From NCBI GenBank assembly GCA_965235115.1, contig OZ249436.1:5148001-5212000 (forward strand): DNA of 64,000 nt, written 5' to 3'. The DNA is from Laetmonice hystrix (lineage: Eukaryota). Both the position numbers and the translations under genes were made by a program. How positions within the stretch are numbered: position 1 is the first letter of the stretch; each line of letters begins with the position of its first letter. Shown here one piece after another: positions 22,901 through 37,240 of this stretch. The notes beneath the pieces were generated by a model. The model was not told the origin of the DNA. It ran no database searches and saw only the letters and a program-made list of their open reading frames with translations.

Positions 22901-25402
22901 GGTCAATGGTATCATGGACGGGCTGGGGGTCGGGGAAGGCGGCCCTCGGTCTGTGACGAGTGAGTCTGAGGGCGGTCAATGGTATGGACGGGCTGGGGGT
23001 CGGGGAAGGCGGCCCCCGGTCTGTGACGAGTGAGTCTGAGGGTGGTCAATGGTATGGACGGGCTGGGGGTCGGGGAAGGCGGCCCTCGGTCTGTGACGAG
23101 TGAGTCTGAGGGCGGTCAATGGTATGGACGGGCTGGGGGTCGGGGAAGGCGGCCCTCGGTCTGTGACGAGTGAGTCTGAGGGCGGTCAATGGTATGGACG
23201 GGCTGGGGGTCGGGGAAGGCGGCCCTCGGTCTGTGACGAGTGAGTCTAAGGGCGGTCAATGGTATGGACGGGCTGGGGGTCGGGGAAGGCGGCCCTCGGT
23301 CTGTGACGAGTGAGTCTGAGGGCGGTCAATGGTATGGACGGGCTGGGGGTCGGGGAAGGCGGCCCTCGGTCTGTGACGAGTGAGTCTGAGGGCGGTCAAT
23401 GGTATCATGGACGGGCTGGGGGTCGGGGAAGGCGGCCCTCGGTCTGTGACGAGTGAGTCTGAGGGCGGTCAATGGTATGGACGGGCTGGGGGTCGGGGAA
23501 GGCGGCCCTCGGTCTGTGACGAGTGAGTCTGAGGGCGGTCAATGGTATGGACGGGCTGGGGGTCGGGGAAGGCGGCCCTCGGTCTGTGACGAGTGAGTCT
23601 GAGGGCGGTCAATGGTATGGACGGGCTGGGGGTCGGGGAAGGCGGCCCTCGGTCTGTGACGAGTGAGTCTGAGGGTGGTCAGTGGTATGGACGGGCTGGG
23701 GGTCGGGGAAGGCGGCCCTCGGTCTGTGACGAGTGAGTCTGAGGGCGGTCAATGGTATGGACGGGCTGGGGGTCGGGGAAGGCGGCCCTCGGTCTGTGAC
23801 GAGTGAGTCTGAGGGCGGTCAATGGTATGGACGGGCTGGGGGTCGGGGAAGGCGGCCCTCGGTCTGTGACGAGTGAGTCTGAGGGCGGTCAATGGTATGG
23901 ACGGGCTGGGGGTCGGGGAAGGCGGCCCTCGGTCTGTGACGAGTGAGTCTGAGGGCGGTCAATGGTATGGACGGGCTGGGGGTCGGGGAAGGCGGCCCTC
24001 GGTCTGTGACGAGTGAGTCTGAGGGCGGTCAATGGTATGGACGGGCTGGGGGTCGGGTAAGGCGGCCCTCGGTCTGTGACGAGTGAGTCTGAGGGCGGTC
24101 AATGGTATGGACGGGCTGGGGGTCGGGGAAGGCGGCCCCCGGTCTGTGACGAGTGAGTCTGAGGGCGGTCAATGGTATGGGCGGGCTGGGGGTCGGGGAA
24201 GGCGGCCCCCGGTCTGTGACGAGTGAGTCTGAGGGCGGTCAATGGTATGGACGGGCTGGGGGTCGGGGAAGGCGGCCCCCGGTCTGTGACGAGTGAGTCT
24301 GAGGGCGGTCAATGGTATGGGCGGGCTGGGGGTCGGGGAAGGCGGCCCCCGGTCTGTGACGAGTGAGTCTGAGGGCGGTCAATGGTATGGACGGGCTGGG
24401 GGTCGGGGAAGGCGGCCCTCGGTCTGTGACGAGTGAGTCTGAGGGCGGTCAGTGGTATGGACGGGCTGGGGGTCGGGGAAGGCGGCCCTCGGTCTGTGAC
24501 GAGTGAGTCTGAGGGCGGTCAATGGTATGGACGGGCTGGGGGTCGGGGAAGGCGGCCCTCGGTCTGTGACGAGTGAGTCTGAGGGCGGTCAATGGTATGG
24601 ACGGGCTGGGGGTCGGGGAAGGCGGCCCTCGGTCTGTGACGAGTGAGTCTGAGGGCGGTCAATGGTATGGACGGGCTGGGGGTCGGGGAAGGCGGCCCCC
24701 GGTCTGTGACGAGTGAGTCTGAGGGTGGTCAATGGTATCATGGACGGGCTGGGGGTCGGGGAAGGCGGCCCTCGGTCTGTGACGAGTGAGTCTGAGGGCG
24801 GTCAATGGTATGGACGGGCTGGGGGTCGGGGAAGGCGGCCCTCGGTCTGTGACGAGTGAGTCTGAGGGCGGTCAATGGTATGGACGGGCTGGGGGTCGGG
24901 GAAGGCGGCCCTCGGTCTGTGACGAGTGAGTCTGAGGGCGGTCAATGGTATGGACGGGCTGGGGGTCGGGGAAGGCGGCCCTCGGTCTGTGACGAGTGAG
25001 TCTGAGGGCGGTCAATGGTATCATGGACGGGCTGGGGGTCGGGGAAGGCGGCCCCCGGTCTGTGACGAGTGAGTCTGAGGGCGGTCAATGGTATGGACGG
25101 GCTGGGGGTCGGGGAAGGCGGCCCTCGGTCTGTGACGAGTGAGTCTGAGGGCGGTCAATGGTATGGACGGGCTGGGGGTCGGGGAAGGCGACCCTCGGTC
25201 TGTGACGAGTGAGTCTGAGGGCGGTCAATGGTATCATGGACGGGCTGGGGGTCGGGGAAGGCGGCCCTAGGTCTGTGACGAGTGAGTCTGAGGGCGGTCA
25301 ATGGTATGGACGGGCTGGGGGTCGGGGAAGGCGGCCCTCGGTCTGTGACGAGTGAGTCTGAGGGCGGTCAATGGTATCATGGACGGGCTGGGGGTCGGGG
25401 AA
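19960..25402. repeat. GC-rich 70-bp minisatellite, roughly 77 copies, 5.4 kb
   Basis: Unit cggtctgtgacgagtgagtctgagggcggtcaatggtatggacgggctgggggtcggggaaggcggccct, with 73-bp (+cat) and truncated variants. Confidence 0.98.
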
Positions 25403-28400
25403 CAGTTCGGTCCTCGTCCGAACCCCGCCGCCCCCAATGCCATGGTATTTAACACCTGAATATCAGGCCTTATTGTTTCTTGTCAACTGTCCAGTGCTGC
25501 TATAAGAGGGGCTAATATTCTATCCTGGTGTTTATCCTGGATGGCAGGTGGGTGGGTGGGGGCAGTTTCTAGCAATCTAATATAACTTCGCCCAGTGTCA
25601 TATTTCCCCGGAGGGCTATTCCAGACATAGAAACAGTGAAAGCACCATGAGCAGGCGGACGTAGCCTGTCAAGAATATGAATGGTCAGATGGAAGAAGTC
25701 CCTATACTAAACTACAGGGCGTCTCAGAAAAACCGAAATTCTAAAAATCATCATTTTGTGAGAAAATGATACTAACTAGATACACGTCACCGAGTGTATC
25801 TGATAGGCCTCTTTCCAATGGTGTATCAATTTCCTCAATCGAGTCACAGTTGACCGAATTATTATTTTTTTCCTTCCACAACCCGAATGCAGCCTGGGAC
25901 AAAGTGAATAGGGGCTACGAAAATCAGTGGATGAGATTCAGTTGGAACAAACGGTGAGGACGAAATCCGAATATTAGAAACTCAAATTTTATTCATCATT
26001 TGTCTGCACCAAGCATGTCAATCTTTTCAAATGATGAATACAATGGATTATCTAACATTGATTTACCGGAGCAACTTGGCCTTCGTCCGTGTGGACTAAC
26101 CTCTGAAGAAGAGAAGCGTTAGTAGCTTAAGATCAATACAAACTTTCGTATACAGTAAAGGTTTTTACGATGGTAATGCCATTCGCCAGACATGCCATGC
26201 AACCATTAAACAATTCTCTACTTTAACGCGGACGTGGAACCCAATTTAACCATGTCTCCTGGGCCTGGTTTCTTGGCAGAGCTTGAGTGGAACTTCACAG
26301 CAGAAGCTCACGAGCAGTAAGCTTTAGATGGCTTATTGGATAAAGGGAAGACATTTAAGAAGTCATGAGACTCCTAGGAGGCCAACGCTGGCGTTCGACA
26401 CTTTACTATACAAAAGGAAAACCGTGTTGAAAGTGCAAACACTATTTGGTTAGTCAATATCGGTGCCTGTGTTGTGAAAACAAAAGGGGGAAACTTTTTT
26501 AATTCTTGCGGAGCTGTTTGATGGCAAAGTTCAGCCCCACGGAGGCTTACGCCTAGCCACAGGTCAACCTTATACACCCAGTCCCGTGCCTGATATCATA
26601 GCCGGTGACGTCAGCTAGATACCTCAGATCAATTGTCAACTGATGCAAACTGTATGTATACTGAGTCCATCAGATGTGTGCATGCAAGGCTGCTAAATAC
26701 ACAGTGTACAGGGTGTATATAAAAAGTACTCATTACCGTTTCCTTTTTTAAACCACACATTGGATATAATTATGACGCACCGACATGTTCCTGTCCTGTA
26801 GTCTGCTGTCTGTTGATATTGATTCAGTGCTAATCTAATTCTCCACATGTTTACAATCCTGAGAGGATCAACATTTTGATGGATCCTGTAGACCACCACC
26901 ATATATCACAACGGGTAGAATACTGACAAGGAGATGACGATTGTAGAGATATGTGAGGGAGCCTTCTATCACCAGTGAGCGTCGTATCACTCTGCCTGGA
27001 GAGTGACTGTCGACCATCGATCTCCGTTCACATTCCAATTCCAATTAACGGATATACAGCCGAGCCGGCCGAGCACCCTGCTACACGTGTATAATGTATA
27101 ATTATGTGGTAATAGGAGGGCGTTCAATCCCCGTGTTGCTAATTTAGCTTCATTGTGATCACAGAATTATTATACAGTTTGTGAATAAAAGGTAGCTGGG
27201 GAATGCAGAGAGAGTCAGCCAATCAAAACGATACGGTACCCCACCACCGCCACCGCCACCGCCAACATTCGCTAACAGCAGACTGGTTCAAGTATTACTG
27301 TGCACGTCATGCCTGCCCCCGGGATATATTTCATTGTATTAACAATGCATGGACACACTATATCATAATGAAGGTCCCCAATAAGGAGGTCTTCCTTGTG
27401 GAGAGAAAAAACCTGTTATAGACCTGTGTAACTAGGCAACACCTATGTTCAAACCTTTTAAGTGGCATTCGTATAATATTCTGAGTTCAAGCGCATTGAG
27501 TGGCCTTCTTTCACAAAACGACCATTTACAATCATGACTTTGTGACAATACGGATATTTATTGTTCTCATTTGTCAAAGGTCCTGGTACTTATGGTCTCT
27601 AGATCAAAGGATCTACACCGCGAGTTCCCATTAAAAGTGAATTATTGAGAGGAATTGCCTAAAGTTGGCCAATATCTGTCGCATTCCCTGTATACCTAGA
27701 CCATATGGGCAAGGATTGTCAGAGCTAAAGTATGTGTAAAACCACTGGCAATCGACCTAAAGACGGAGTTGTGCACGTTTAGCTGGTCATTGTGACCGGT
27801 CAGCATACAGCTGGCCACTGGGGCCAGCTGTATGCTGGCTGAGGTCGTAGAACCCACATGTCTTAAAGAGCACATGCTGTTAACTTCAGAAGCCACCTGT
27901 ATGAAATTGTCACCTCATTACCGGGGTAATCCCCTGTTCAACAGCTACAACTATATAAAATAACCAGTTTTTCATAATTACGGAGGTCGGGAAGGCAAAT
28001 ACCCCCTGTCCAATGCCTCTAGCCGCGACTATAGGTACGACCCAAGTCTATGTTAACACAAGGCCAAGTTGTATCCTCGAGTCCCTGCTGACAAAATATT
28101 GACATTACAACGGCAAATTTCCATCAACACGCCGGCCACTGTTCAGCAGACGACGTGCAACCGGGCGCGGCGCTGATACGCTGCCAATACAGAACATGAA
28201 TGCTAACTTTGTGGAAGTAATTTTTTATTGCAAGGATAGATATGCATAATGCTGGCCATGCAAATCCCGATGCATGTGTTTTCGCTCTTTGGACAACGCT
28301 TGGACACATTTTCAAGATAGCTTCCTCTCAAAAAGCCTCATCACAGAAATATCTTGATTCAATGACCCATTAAAACCTGTTGCTGCAAAATTGCATATAA

Positions 28401-28877
28401 CAAATCTCACTGGCATCTAATTGATGGTCTTGTCAAATGTTTATTTTTGACACAGCTAGGTAATAGGCATACTAACTTTAATACTAGGTTGGTTCAGTAT
28501 CCTACAATGATAAGCAGACTGGTGTTTCGAGTCATATTAAAAGGTACAATATTGCATGTTGCATCCCTGGCATATTTCAGGTTGGGTCTATAATCATTGT
28601 TTCTGTTAGCCAATAAGCGAGTTCCGGTTTGCACACCTGTCACATTAATGCCTCTCCACGCGTCTACAAACTGCAAAACCTCACACATCTCGTGCACTCA
28701 TATCCTGACCCCCCCTCCCGGCCTGCGTCCCATTATACAGGCCGAAATATTGATTGTATACACAACATTATAATCAGTAAATACAGTTTTATATGGACAG
28801 CGAGCGAGATTTACTCAGGGAGACAAATCGACTTCCGCTAATTGCTGCTTTGGAGGTCTTACGCGCGCGCACAAAAT

Positions 28878-28941
28878 AAAGAAAGAAAGAAAAAAAAAAA
28901 AAAAGAAGAAGAAGAAGAAGAAGAAGAAGAAGAAGAAGAAG
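28878..28941. repeat. A-rich tract and (GAA)n microsatellite
   Basis: Direct reading. Confidence 0.9.
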
Positions 28942-30277
28942 CTAATAAGGCTCTTCATATCGATCGCTATTAGTGCATAAAAAGCCAACCGGAAGTAAAT
29001 TGTAGATGACCCAAATTAGATGCTAAATCATAAACTGACAAGCAAACATGTACGGTCACCCTGGAAAGATTGAAAATGTTGATAATTGTTTGATTTCAAT
29101 TCGACATCTGATAAAAAAGAATTCAGCGCGAGAACATGCGCCTAGCAATGCAATTAGATTTTGAATAAACACAAAAAAGGCCTTTTGAGCCACCGTAGTC
29201 GCACGTGTGCAGATTAATCAGCCAGACTCTCGTCAACCCCCTTCTTCTGATGTAGTGCCTCTACCCGCCACTAGGATATGGAGGGCCAGGCATACTCGTA
29301 CATACTCACACCTCATACAAGGCGTGCTGATACCGTGTACATCAGCGTAATACTGCAGTACCTGGCTAGACCTCGGTCACTGATGGAGAACACAGGAATG
29401 TAAGAGATCTTGGGGAACTATTGGCCAACATGTGGGCTCGCGTTTTATAATATTGATCGGTAGACGAGCAGAAGGCCCTGTACGCACGCAGTGTGTTGTA
29501 CAACTCCAGTCCGGCTACGGGAGCTTTCCTTCATACAGGACATTGCATACGTATCGGTAAGTGTGCTTCTGACCAGCTTAATTAATATCCCAGTTTAATT
29601 ATGTATGTGGCATCACCTATAAGCTAAATACAACGAGTATGGCCTTCACAGCAATTAGTATCATCAAATTAATTTAATCAAATGTAATGGGAGCATTGAT
29701 AGGGTGCATTGATATGTTCTACGAGGCAGGTGTGTATAACAAGTACGCCTATGTCTGCCCTTGCAGCATCTAGTAGATGTAAAAAGGCTGGGAGGGGGGA
29801 GGGGTATACGTAAGCCGACATTATATCGGATATCTTTGACTATGTTATAACTGTTTCTGCGCGTCTACATACCGTACAGATGTTGCAAGTACTGGTATGT
29901 AGATATCTGTGCCTGTATATACATCAGCATTTCTTGTTTCAACTCACACCATGATCATATATATATCCAGAGTCCACCGACTACTCGTGCATATATCGTC
30001 GACTATATAAACCTCGATATAATCGAACTCATCGATCCCGCATCTTAGATATTTCTGGTGCTAGGCGCCTGGCGCCAGGCGTGCTTCGATCGCAGGATCG
30101 CCTTTGGCGGATGGGGGTTGCATATTGCTATACTTGGTAGGAGAATAACATAAAGACAATATTCATTATGCCTAATAATTAGTGGTACAGACCTAGGCGG
30201 CCGTGACATGCACACGAACAACGCGTCCAATTGTCACCTCTATACTACTGATCATCGAGGAGAGAGAAATAAACTAT

Positions 30278-30325
30278 AGGGGGAGAGAAAGGGAGAGAGA
30301 GGCAGGGAGAGGGGGAATGAGACCT

Positions 30326-30376
<51 letters not shown>

Positions 30377-30436
30377 CTAGGGAGAGGAGAGAGCTAGAGA
30401 GAGGGAGACCTAGGCCTAGTCAGAAAGAGAGAGACA

Positions 30437-30494
<58 letters not shown>

Positions 30495-30550
30495 ACCTAG
30501 GGAGAGAGAGGCCCAGGGAGAGAGAGGGGGAGAGAGGGGGAGACGGAGAG
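30278..30550. repeat. (GA)n polypurine tract with interspersed gacctagg motifs
   Basis: Direct reading; gacctagg occurs four times. Confidence 0.9.
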
Positions 30551-33166
30551 AGCACGCGACACCGTAAGCGTGTGTAGGAGATATTCCCGTTTGTAATGTC
30601 ACAATGATGGAGAGCGTTCGAGCGGCCCCTCGTCCTCCTCTGTTTACTTATGATCGAGGGAGTTGGGATGTACCACCCACCGGGACCTTCTGATCGAGGA
30701 CGTCAGTCTGTGCTGGTATACCACATGATCGAGGGCCTTCCATGTCTGGCCGACCACCCTCTGCACACCGGTGTCAGTATCAAAGCGAAGAATCCTGTCA
30801 CAGCCATGGTGTTGCCAACCTGGGGAATCTCAAAATTCCTGACTCGTTCACGGACGCCGCATTCTGTTCGCGGGCCCATCCTCCGGAAGATACAGGTCTT
30901 TCATTATGATTCAAAAATACATTGATTTTTAAATCAAAGAGTATGAAATAAAGTATGACAAGTCTTTCAGGATGGAAAATACTGAACTCCAGACGTAATT
31001 CCTGGAATTCTGGAGGTTTTCGACGTTTTTTTTTTTTTTTGGTCGGATTCCGGACCTCTTGAAAATGTGGCCTAAAATTCCGGAGGTTTGGGTAATAATT
31101 CCGGATGGCTGGTATCACTGCACAGTGATAACATCAGACGTACTGTTGATATCTCGACGTCATCGGCCTGGCGTGGATCCTCGTGGTCGACCTGCACAGG
31201 ACGAAAAGAAAACGCAAAATGTTGCCAGCTTGATAGAAAATAAAACCTTTTTCGATTATTTATGTCAGTTTATTCATTGTGGCTTCTGATGTTGCTTTCA
31301 GAAAGGTACAGGGGCCTAGAATTTTATTGATACCGGGAGTCACGCAATCAGTCAGTGCAGTCCTGCATGTACGGCCGTTTTACAGCTCAATGCTCAGATA
31401 CAATGTTGTTCGACCTGATGTGTAATGTGTGTAAACCTGAATGGTAGTCTGGGGACACACCCACAGAGAGATCTATCAGACTTGTGTCCCCGAAGGCTCC
31501 TTTGATATACGCCACAGATCAAATGGCAAATGGTTTGGTCCCTCTAATCGGAGCCATATGTAATGTGTCAGTGAAAGACCAGACCATCCGGTTTGATCTG
31601 CCCGTGGGTGAGTACAGGGGTGCGTGTAGATTATATCATTCTGATTTTGTATAATGCAGCCGTCGTACAAGATAATATCTAACCATAGACGTGATCAAAC
31701 CTACCCCTACTACCCCAACGTCACGTGAAACACACAGAGAATCCATCTGCGATTGGAGAGTGGCGGTCAGGAAATCCTCACGACATCGGCCCGTCCCCTC
31801 CACACGTCAATATAACAAGGTTGGCTTCCAGACAGCTGATGGCTAGTTCCACGTCCATTATTGGTAAAGGGGCAAAGTTGACCAGAGTCAATTTTTTAGT
31901 GTCAAGTAGCAATCTCGTTATGTCGAGGGAGGCAGGAACACCCTTGGACAACATGTGCCTTGAATACTGATTGTCGGGTTGGAAGGCCCAAGCAGTAGTT
32001 CCACGATCAGTGGGTGGTGTCGTTGGCTTGGCTAAAGATATCCTGACGCCTCTTTTTTAAAGAAAGCCCTAGCCCCATCCTCCAGGTTACCTACTTCATG
32101 AAGGAAATGACTGACCCCGTATAAACTATATCCACGACCCACCATCACTGACAGACTGAATGCTCTAGCTCGCGTTGAGTAACGGCCGAGATTCACCACG
32201 CATCCCCCAGAAACTTCCCAGAAACAAGCCCTGCAGGGCATAAATGGTTTTTGACCATTTTTAAAGCCACATGGTATATCCTCTTTGCCCCTGCTGCCTG
32301 AGTGGACGACCTTAGCGGAGAAGGTCGATCCAGAGGTCAACTGTGGCCTGCAAGGGACAGAAGCATTTTCAGCAGCAGGAGCCTTGTAACGTCATGAGAA
32401 TATCGCCACCAGCAGGATTAGATTACCTTAGGCCTCTACATATTATACATCTCAAATTGATACGAGTTTGAGTTTGCCCTATACATCTCAAATTGATCTG
32501 AGTCAGGATATATATCATAAAATCATTAGAATTCGTTCCACCATTTCAGTACAAACACACACACACAAAGAATAATTTATTACATGAACCATGGTTTATG
32601 AAAATAGGCCCCGACACCGTACAAGCTGACATAATCAGCCATACATTAAATGGTTGCAGTCCGATTTTTTCAGCAATTGCATCCCCTCTTGTATAATACA
32701 AGTTAATGATTCACGAATATGCCTACAAATCACCATGTTTAAACCACAATAGGGTTTCATATTGACAAGAGTAGAAATTTAAGTTAAAAGGTTTCGGCGG
32801 GAACCAACAACATACTCATTCACTGCTCACCCTCCCAGACACGTAGATAACCCATCCGTACAAAAGTAATATAACCGCTACATTTTCTATTGTATAGATC
32901 TAACCAGAATATATATGTTTTAACTTCAGTTCGTAGTTCCGAACTATTGTTGGCCTGTCGAGTCAACCATCAACGATGTGGAACCTACATATATTAGGAA
33001 AATATTCGCCAACATAGAGCTATCTAGAGATCGATTATTAGTATTAATTAAGGAGACAGGAAAACTCCGGCATAGACCTAGGCCATGCCAAATAATGTGA
33101 TCTGTTCAATTTGTATATTTGTACAGGGTCGACAGATGTTGCAGTACAAATCTCCCGTATCCCAAC

Positions 33167-36100
33167 ATGCACGCCATCATTTTAATAGCCGCACTTGTCC
33201 TCTGTGTCAACTGCACCAACGAGTCGGATTGGTCAGACAGTCACAGCCACAGCGAAGTGTCCTTGGGCATGGCAAAGCTGGCCACCTTCATCGAGTGGTT
33301 TGACCCGGAAGTAAATGGGGAACCATCAGTCTTCCGATTCGCCATCAAGTTCAACTACGACCAAGAATGCTCAAGCAAAGCGCACTTCAAAGAAAACACG
33401 GAATTTTGCTTACGTAAACACGCTATAATATTAGCAGACGATTCGTCAGACTGTAGGATCGTGGTTACCGGCAACCAATGGGTGAACACATACCGCAAGT
33501 TGTTCGTCAACGTCACGTTGCTAGGTAACGACGAGGTTCACTTCTTGCGGGTCAAAACCTGCAACGAAGGATTAGCCATCACCGATTTCATAATTTTGCC
33601 CTCACGGGAGGAGAGTACGTTGAAATACCTGCCCTATGAGTTAAACCACTTTCGGAGGTTGTTTCAGTTCGAAGTCCCCCCTTCCCCGACCTATAATACT
33701 CTTGTAGACATGTCGGTGGACACGTTAGAATCGTGTCTACCTGAACGTGACCGGTTTATTGAAGAATTCGGTAACAACACCTCGCGCTCCTTCCAGTGTG
33801 TCGACGTCACCAAGAAGAGAGTGATGAACAAAATGCTCAACCTTTTGAATAAACGCAGGAAGAACACCACCGACTGGCCGGCAAATCTCTCGGAAACCAT
33901 GGAACACGCTAAGGTGAATTTCATGAAGAATCCTTACCGTAGAAACCCGTATAATAATAACCCAGTGGTTGATGAAGGACGCTGCAAACCTCGCATTCTT
34001 GATGACACGATTGAGTGCAGCGCAGCCAGACATCTTGGTCGGACGAAGCGCCATCTATACATGATTGCAATGTACGTACAAGTCCTTCTTCTGGCTGACT
34101 ATCTTGATGATAAAAGCCTCAATCCGGGTGACTTACAAGTGTGTATAATATCAGACATGAGCCACGTGGGGTCCAGCAAGTGGTTTTACCGGAAGTTGAC
34201 GGCCAGCTTCACCGGACACGGAAACAGCCCCACTTTAGTGGAATGCTGCCGCATGATGCAGAAACTCAAAATATACGGAGTCCCAGGAGAACACAAATTC
34301 CGCTGGCACTGCCATGACCCGTACCAGGTCCCCAACCTCATCCTTCTTTTCGTTAACATCGGAAGTTATCTCATTGTGCTCGTGTTCCCGCTACTCGTTC
34401 GCTTTTTACCGTCGTGCGGTGTGGATATTGAGCGAATTCCGGAATCACATTCTCTGCCCTGCGACACCGAAAGGTATGCTGGCTTTTAACAGCCCCGTCC
34501 ATTTATTTAGCAATGAGCTCACTTTGCACACTGCCCCATCGTATAGCTCTTTGTGCTACCGGACCAACTGCATATCCGATCAGTTGGCCTTTCTGCTCAC
34601 TTAAGTTAAGTAGGTACCTGGTAGTATGAGATAGCTATTTCAAATTGCCCATAGGCAATTTGCCGAGCTGAGGCTATCTAATCTAGTGTACAGGTGGTAT
34701 CGTATTGGAAGCAATACGAATTTTGGTCTGTTGTGAGTGGCAATTATTTTCGTTAGACCGATTTGACTAATCATGGTGGGTGTTTTATAATTAGCCAATT
34801 TTCACTCGTTCACAACGTCAGGGATGTTAAATGACAGTCGTTTCCCGGGTTTAAACGTAGTAGGCCGCTCTATTGAAAAAGTCCGGCGAGAATACCGTCA
34901 ATTAAGCTACCATTTGAAACAATCAACTCTCTAACGATTCATTGCATGATTTAAAACTCCTAATGAGGATACCATTTCTATCTAAGTAGGGAATGCATGT
35001 TTTTGTGGGTAGTTACATTTCTGACCTGAGCTGGAGTCCCTTGTCCGAGCTTTACAGATTTAGAGGAAATCGCCATTTATCTTGTTCAGATAGGCCTAAT
35101 TGCGACTTCATTTTTTTTTAAATGATAGAGAACGTTACATTTGTGTTTGCTGAGGGACTATACCTTTCTATCACTGTAGGGTGTTGCCCAAAATAGGCCA
35201 TTCTAAAAGAAATTACATCTTAATTGACTAATTATGTTTCAGACAAACGGACAGACCAGAAACTCATAGCACAGATACTAAGACTGTAGCACGAAGGCGT
35301 CAGTCAGAGAGGTCTCACCAGAGCTTGGATGACAGACGGCAATCTGTGAGGTCATCAGAACGCAAGGAGTCTGCCCACGACGCTGCAGATGTCAGTAACA
35401 ATAAAGACGATGGAAACCAGAGTAAAACGTTACGTGATGGCGATGGACCGACCAATCACAGTCACACGCCTCATTGTGACGTCAAGGCAGGCGATCTGGT
35501 GTTCCTCGACAGGGATCCTGTGTACCGCTTTGGAGTGAAAACTATCATATCTTATATCTTGCTTTCCCATGTTAATCATCGTTGTATTATTATACTCAGG
35601 CGCTTTCTTTTTCTATACATTGCGTGGATTCTTGTCCACTTTGCTTCATTCCTTGTGAATTTCTTTTATCCTTCCTTGGCAGCTCACTACCAGGTTATAA
35701 CGTATGGTACTCACGAACACTACTACAAACACGGTGCTGCCAACTCGGACTCGTTTTTCAAGACGCTGTATGTCCTAGTTTTGATTCTTCCGCTTATTTA
35801 TGCAACTGTTCATTTCATGTGCTTGTCGCCAGTGCTCTGCAGGAAAGAGTCCATTTCGCAGCTCCTTTATTGGGAGGAATCTGCGACGCAGATTAGCAAA
35901 TATATTGACCTGAAGCCAGACAGTCCTTTCTACGAAAGCCACAAGCCATTTCAGATACGGTTGTACAGAGCTATGCTGCGCCGCCTGCGATTACTGTTTA
36001 GAAAACGATTCTGGCAGTTTATGTTCGAGGAGAGTATGGTCGCAATCCCAGTGAGCAAAGAGGCTCGTGCCAAAAGAAAGTGGTCAAGGAGGACCTGCAC

Positions 36101-36983
36101 AAGCCCTGTTATTTTACTAGCCGCCTGTGTCATCAAATTACCTGCGGTGATTTTCGCCGCACCATTTTATGTTTTTCCATGTTTCACTTTTTTCTATGAA
36201 CTGTTCATGAACCAGGGGAATTTCCTAAAGGTATCTAACTGTAACAGTGCGGGGTGTAGAATTGTCATCTCTTTTATCTTTAGTGTTGGGGTCTTGTTGT
36301 CGCTTGGGTTATGCCTGTCATTTAGCTTTTTGTATGGTAGCATGGTTGTCTTTGCCTTCGTAGACGTTGTCCGTAATCTAAGGACCAACGTCAACCATGG
36401 TGTCCTCTTTGTGTCAGTGTTGCTGTATGTCCAGAACGCATTTGTGAGACTTGAAGACCAGTACAGAACAATGAAGAAGACAATCTTCAAAGTATGCAAA
36501 GAAATTGACGAAGAGATCACATCTCCTGCTGCAGGGCCGAACCGAAACAGACTCATCTGGACGTCAAGGAATGGAGAGAAGGCAGTACCTAAAAACCTTT
36601 TTATAGGAGTTTGCAACCGTCACCGGCCTTATTCCAGCCAGCTGCTGAGAACCTGCTTCATACTTCTTCTCAATCTATCCCTTGTGTTTTTCTTGTACGT
36701 CCTAGTTATTGATTTTCAGGCGCTTGACCAATTTACGGGTATCGGCCAGAGCCTGATGACCATTTTCACAGTCAGTCTTCCAGGACTTATAGGAAAACTG
36801 AGGTCGGAGGCGGCTGCAGCACTGGACGAGGCACGCCTTTTTGGCAAGGTCAAGGCTACCGTCAAGGACATTGTACAAGATCAAAATGAAGACGGTTCTG
36901 AAAATGACGTCGGAAAGAGCAACAGCTTGGGAAATATTTGGCGGCGGGAACCCTTTGAACGTGAGAATCAGGAATGGGTGTGA
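33167..36983 (+). CDS. Uncharacterised multipass membrane protein with signal peptide, about 1015 aa, two coding exons
   Basis: Exon 33167-34473 (donor AG|GTATGC, phase 2) joins in frame to exon 35243-36983 (acceptor tgtttcag|). N-terminal MHAIILIAALVLCVNC signal-like peptide, Cys- and N-glycosylation-site-rich ectodomain, TM LILLFVNIGSYLIVLVFPLL, a polar loop, then about 7 more hydrophobic segments. An acceptor at 33126 implies upstream UTR exon(s). Confidence 0.88.
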
Positions 36984-36992
36984 TTTCCTTAA

Positions 36993-37240
36993 GGGGCGGA
37001 CCATTTCATATATAGGCGGCCTACGGGGGGGGGGGGGGGAGGGGGGAGGGGCTATGGTTTCTCTGCATGAGCAAACTCTCTTTTGCCCCCAGGCCGAAGC
37101 TGCCTTTTTTTGCTATGACCATTAATCAAACTATTTTCCCCCATTTCGACTATACTATATGTTTTTTTTATTTTTTCCCTGTGTTTGGTTAACATTTTCA
37201 AAAAAATCATAGCCCCCCGACTTATAAAATGGTCCGTCCC
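36993..37240. mobile_element. PIF/Harbinger-type MITE just after the stop codon
   Basis: TIRs GGGGCGGACCATTT / AAATGGTCCGTCCC (1 mismatch), TAA on both sides (36990-36992, 37241-37243). Confidence 0.75.

Noticed and set aside
25713..25870. tacagggcgtctca... resembling a mariner-type MITE left end
   Set aside because: No matching right TIR found by eye.
31780..32340. Coding-like minus-strand stretch with short ORFs
   Set aside because: Interrupted frames and no motif I can identify; needs BLASTX.
33167..36983. Possibility that the membrane gene is the Duox maturation factor (DUOXA)
   Set aside because: About three times too long, has a large N-terminal ectodomain, and lies tail-to-tail with Duox.
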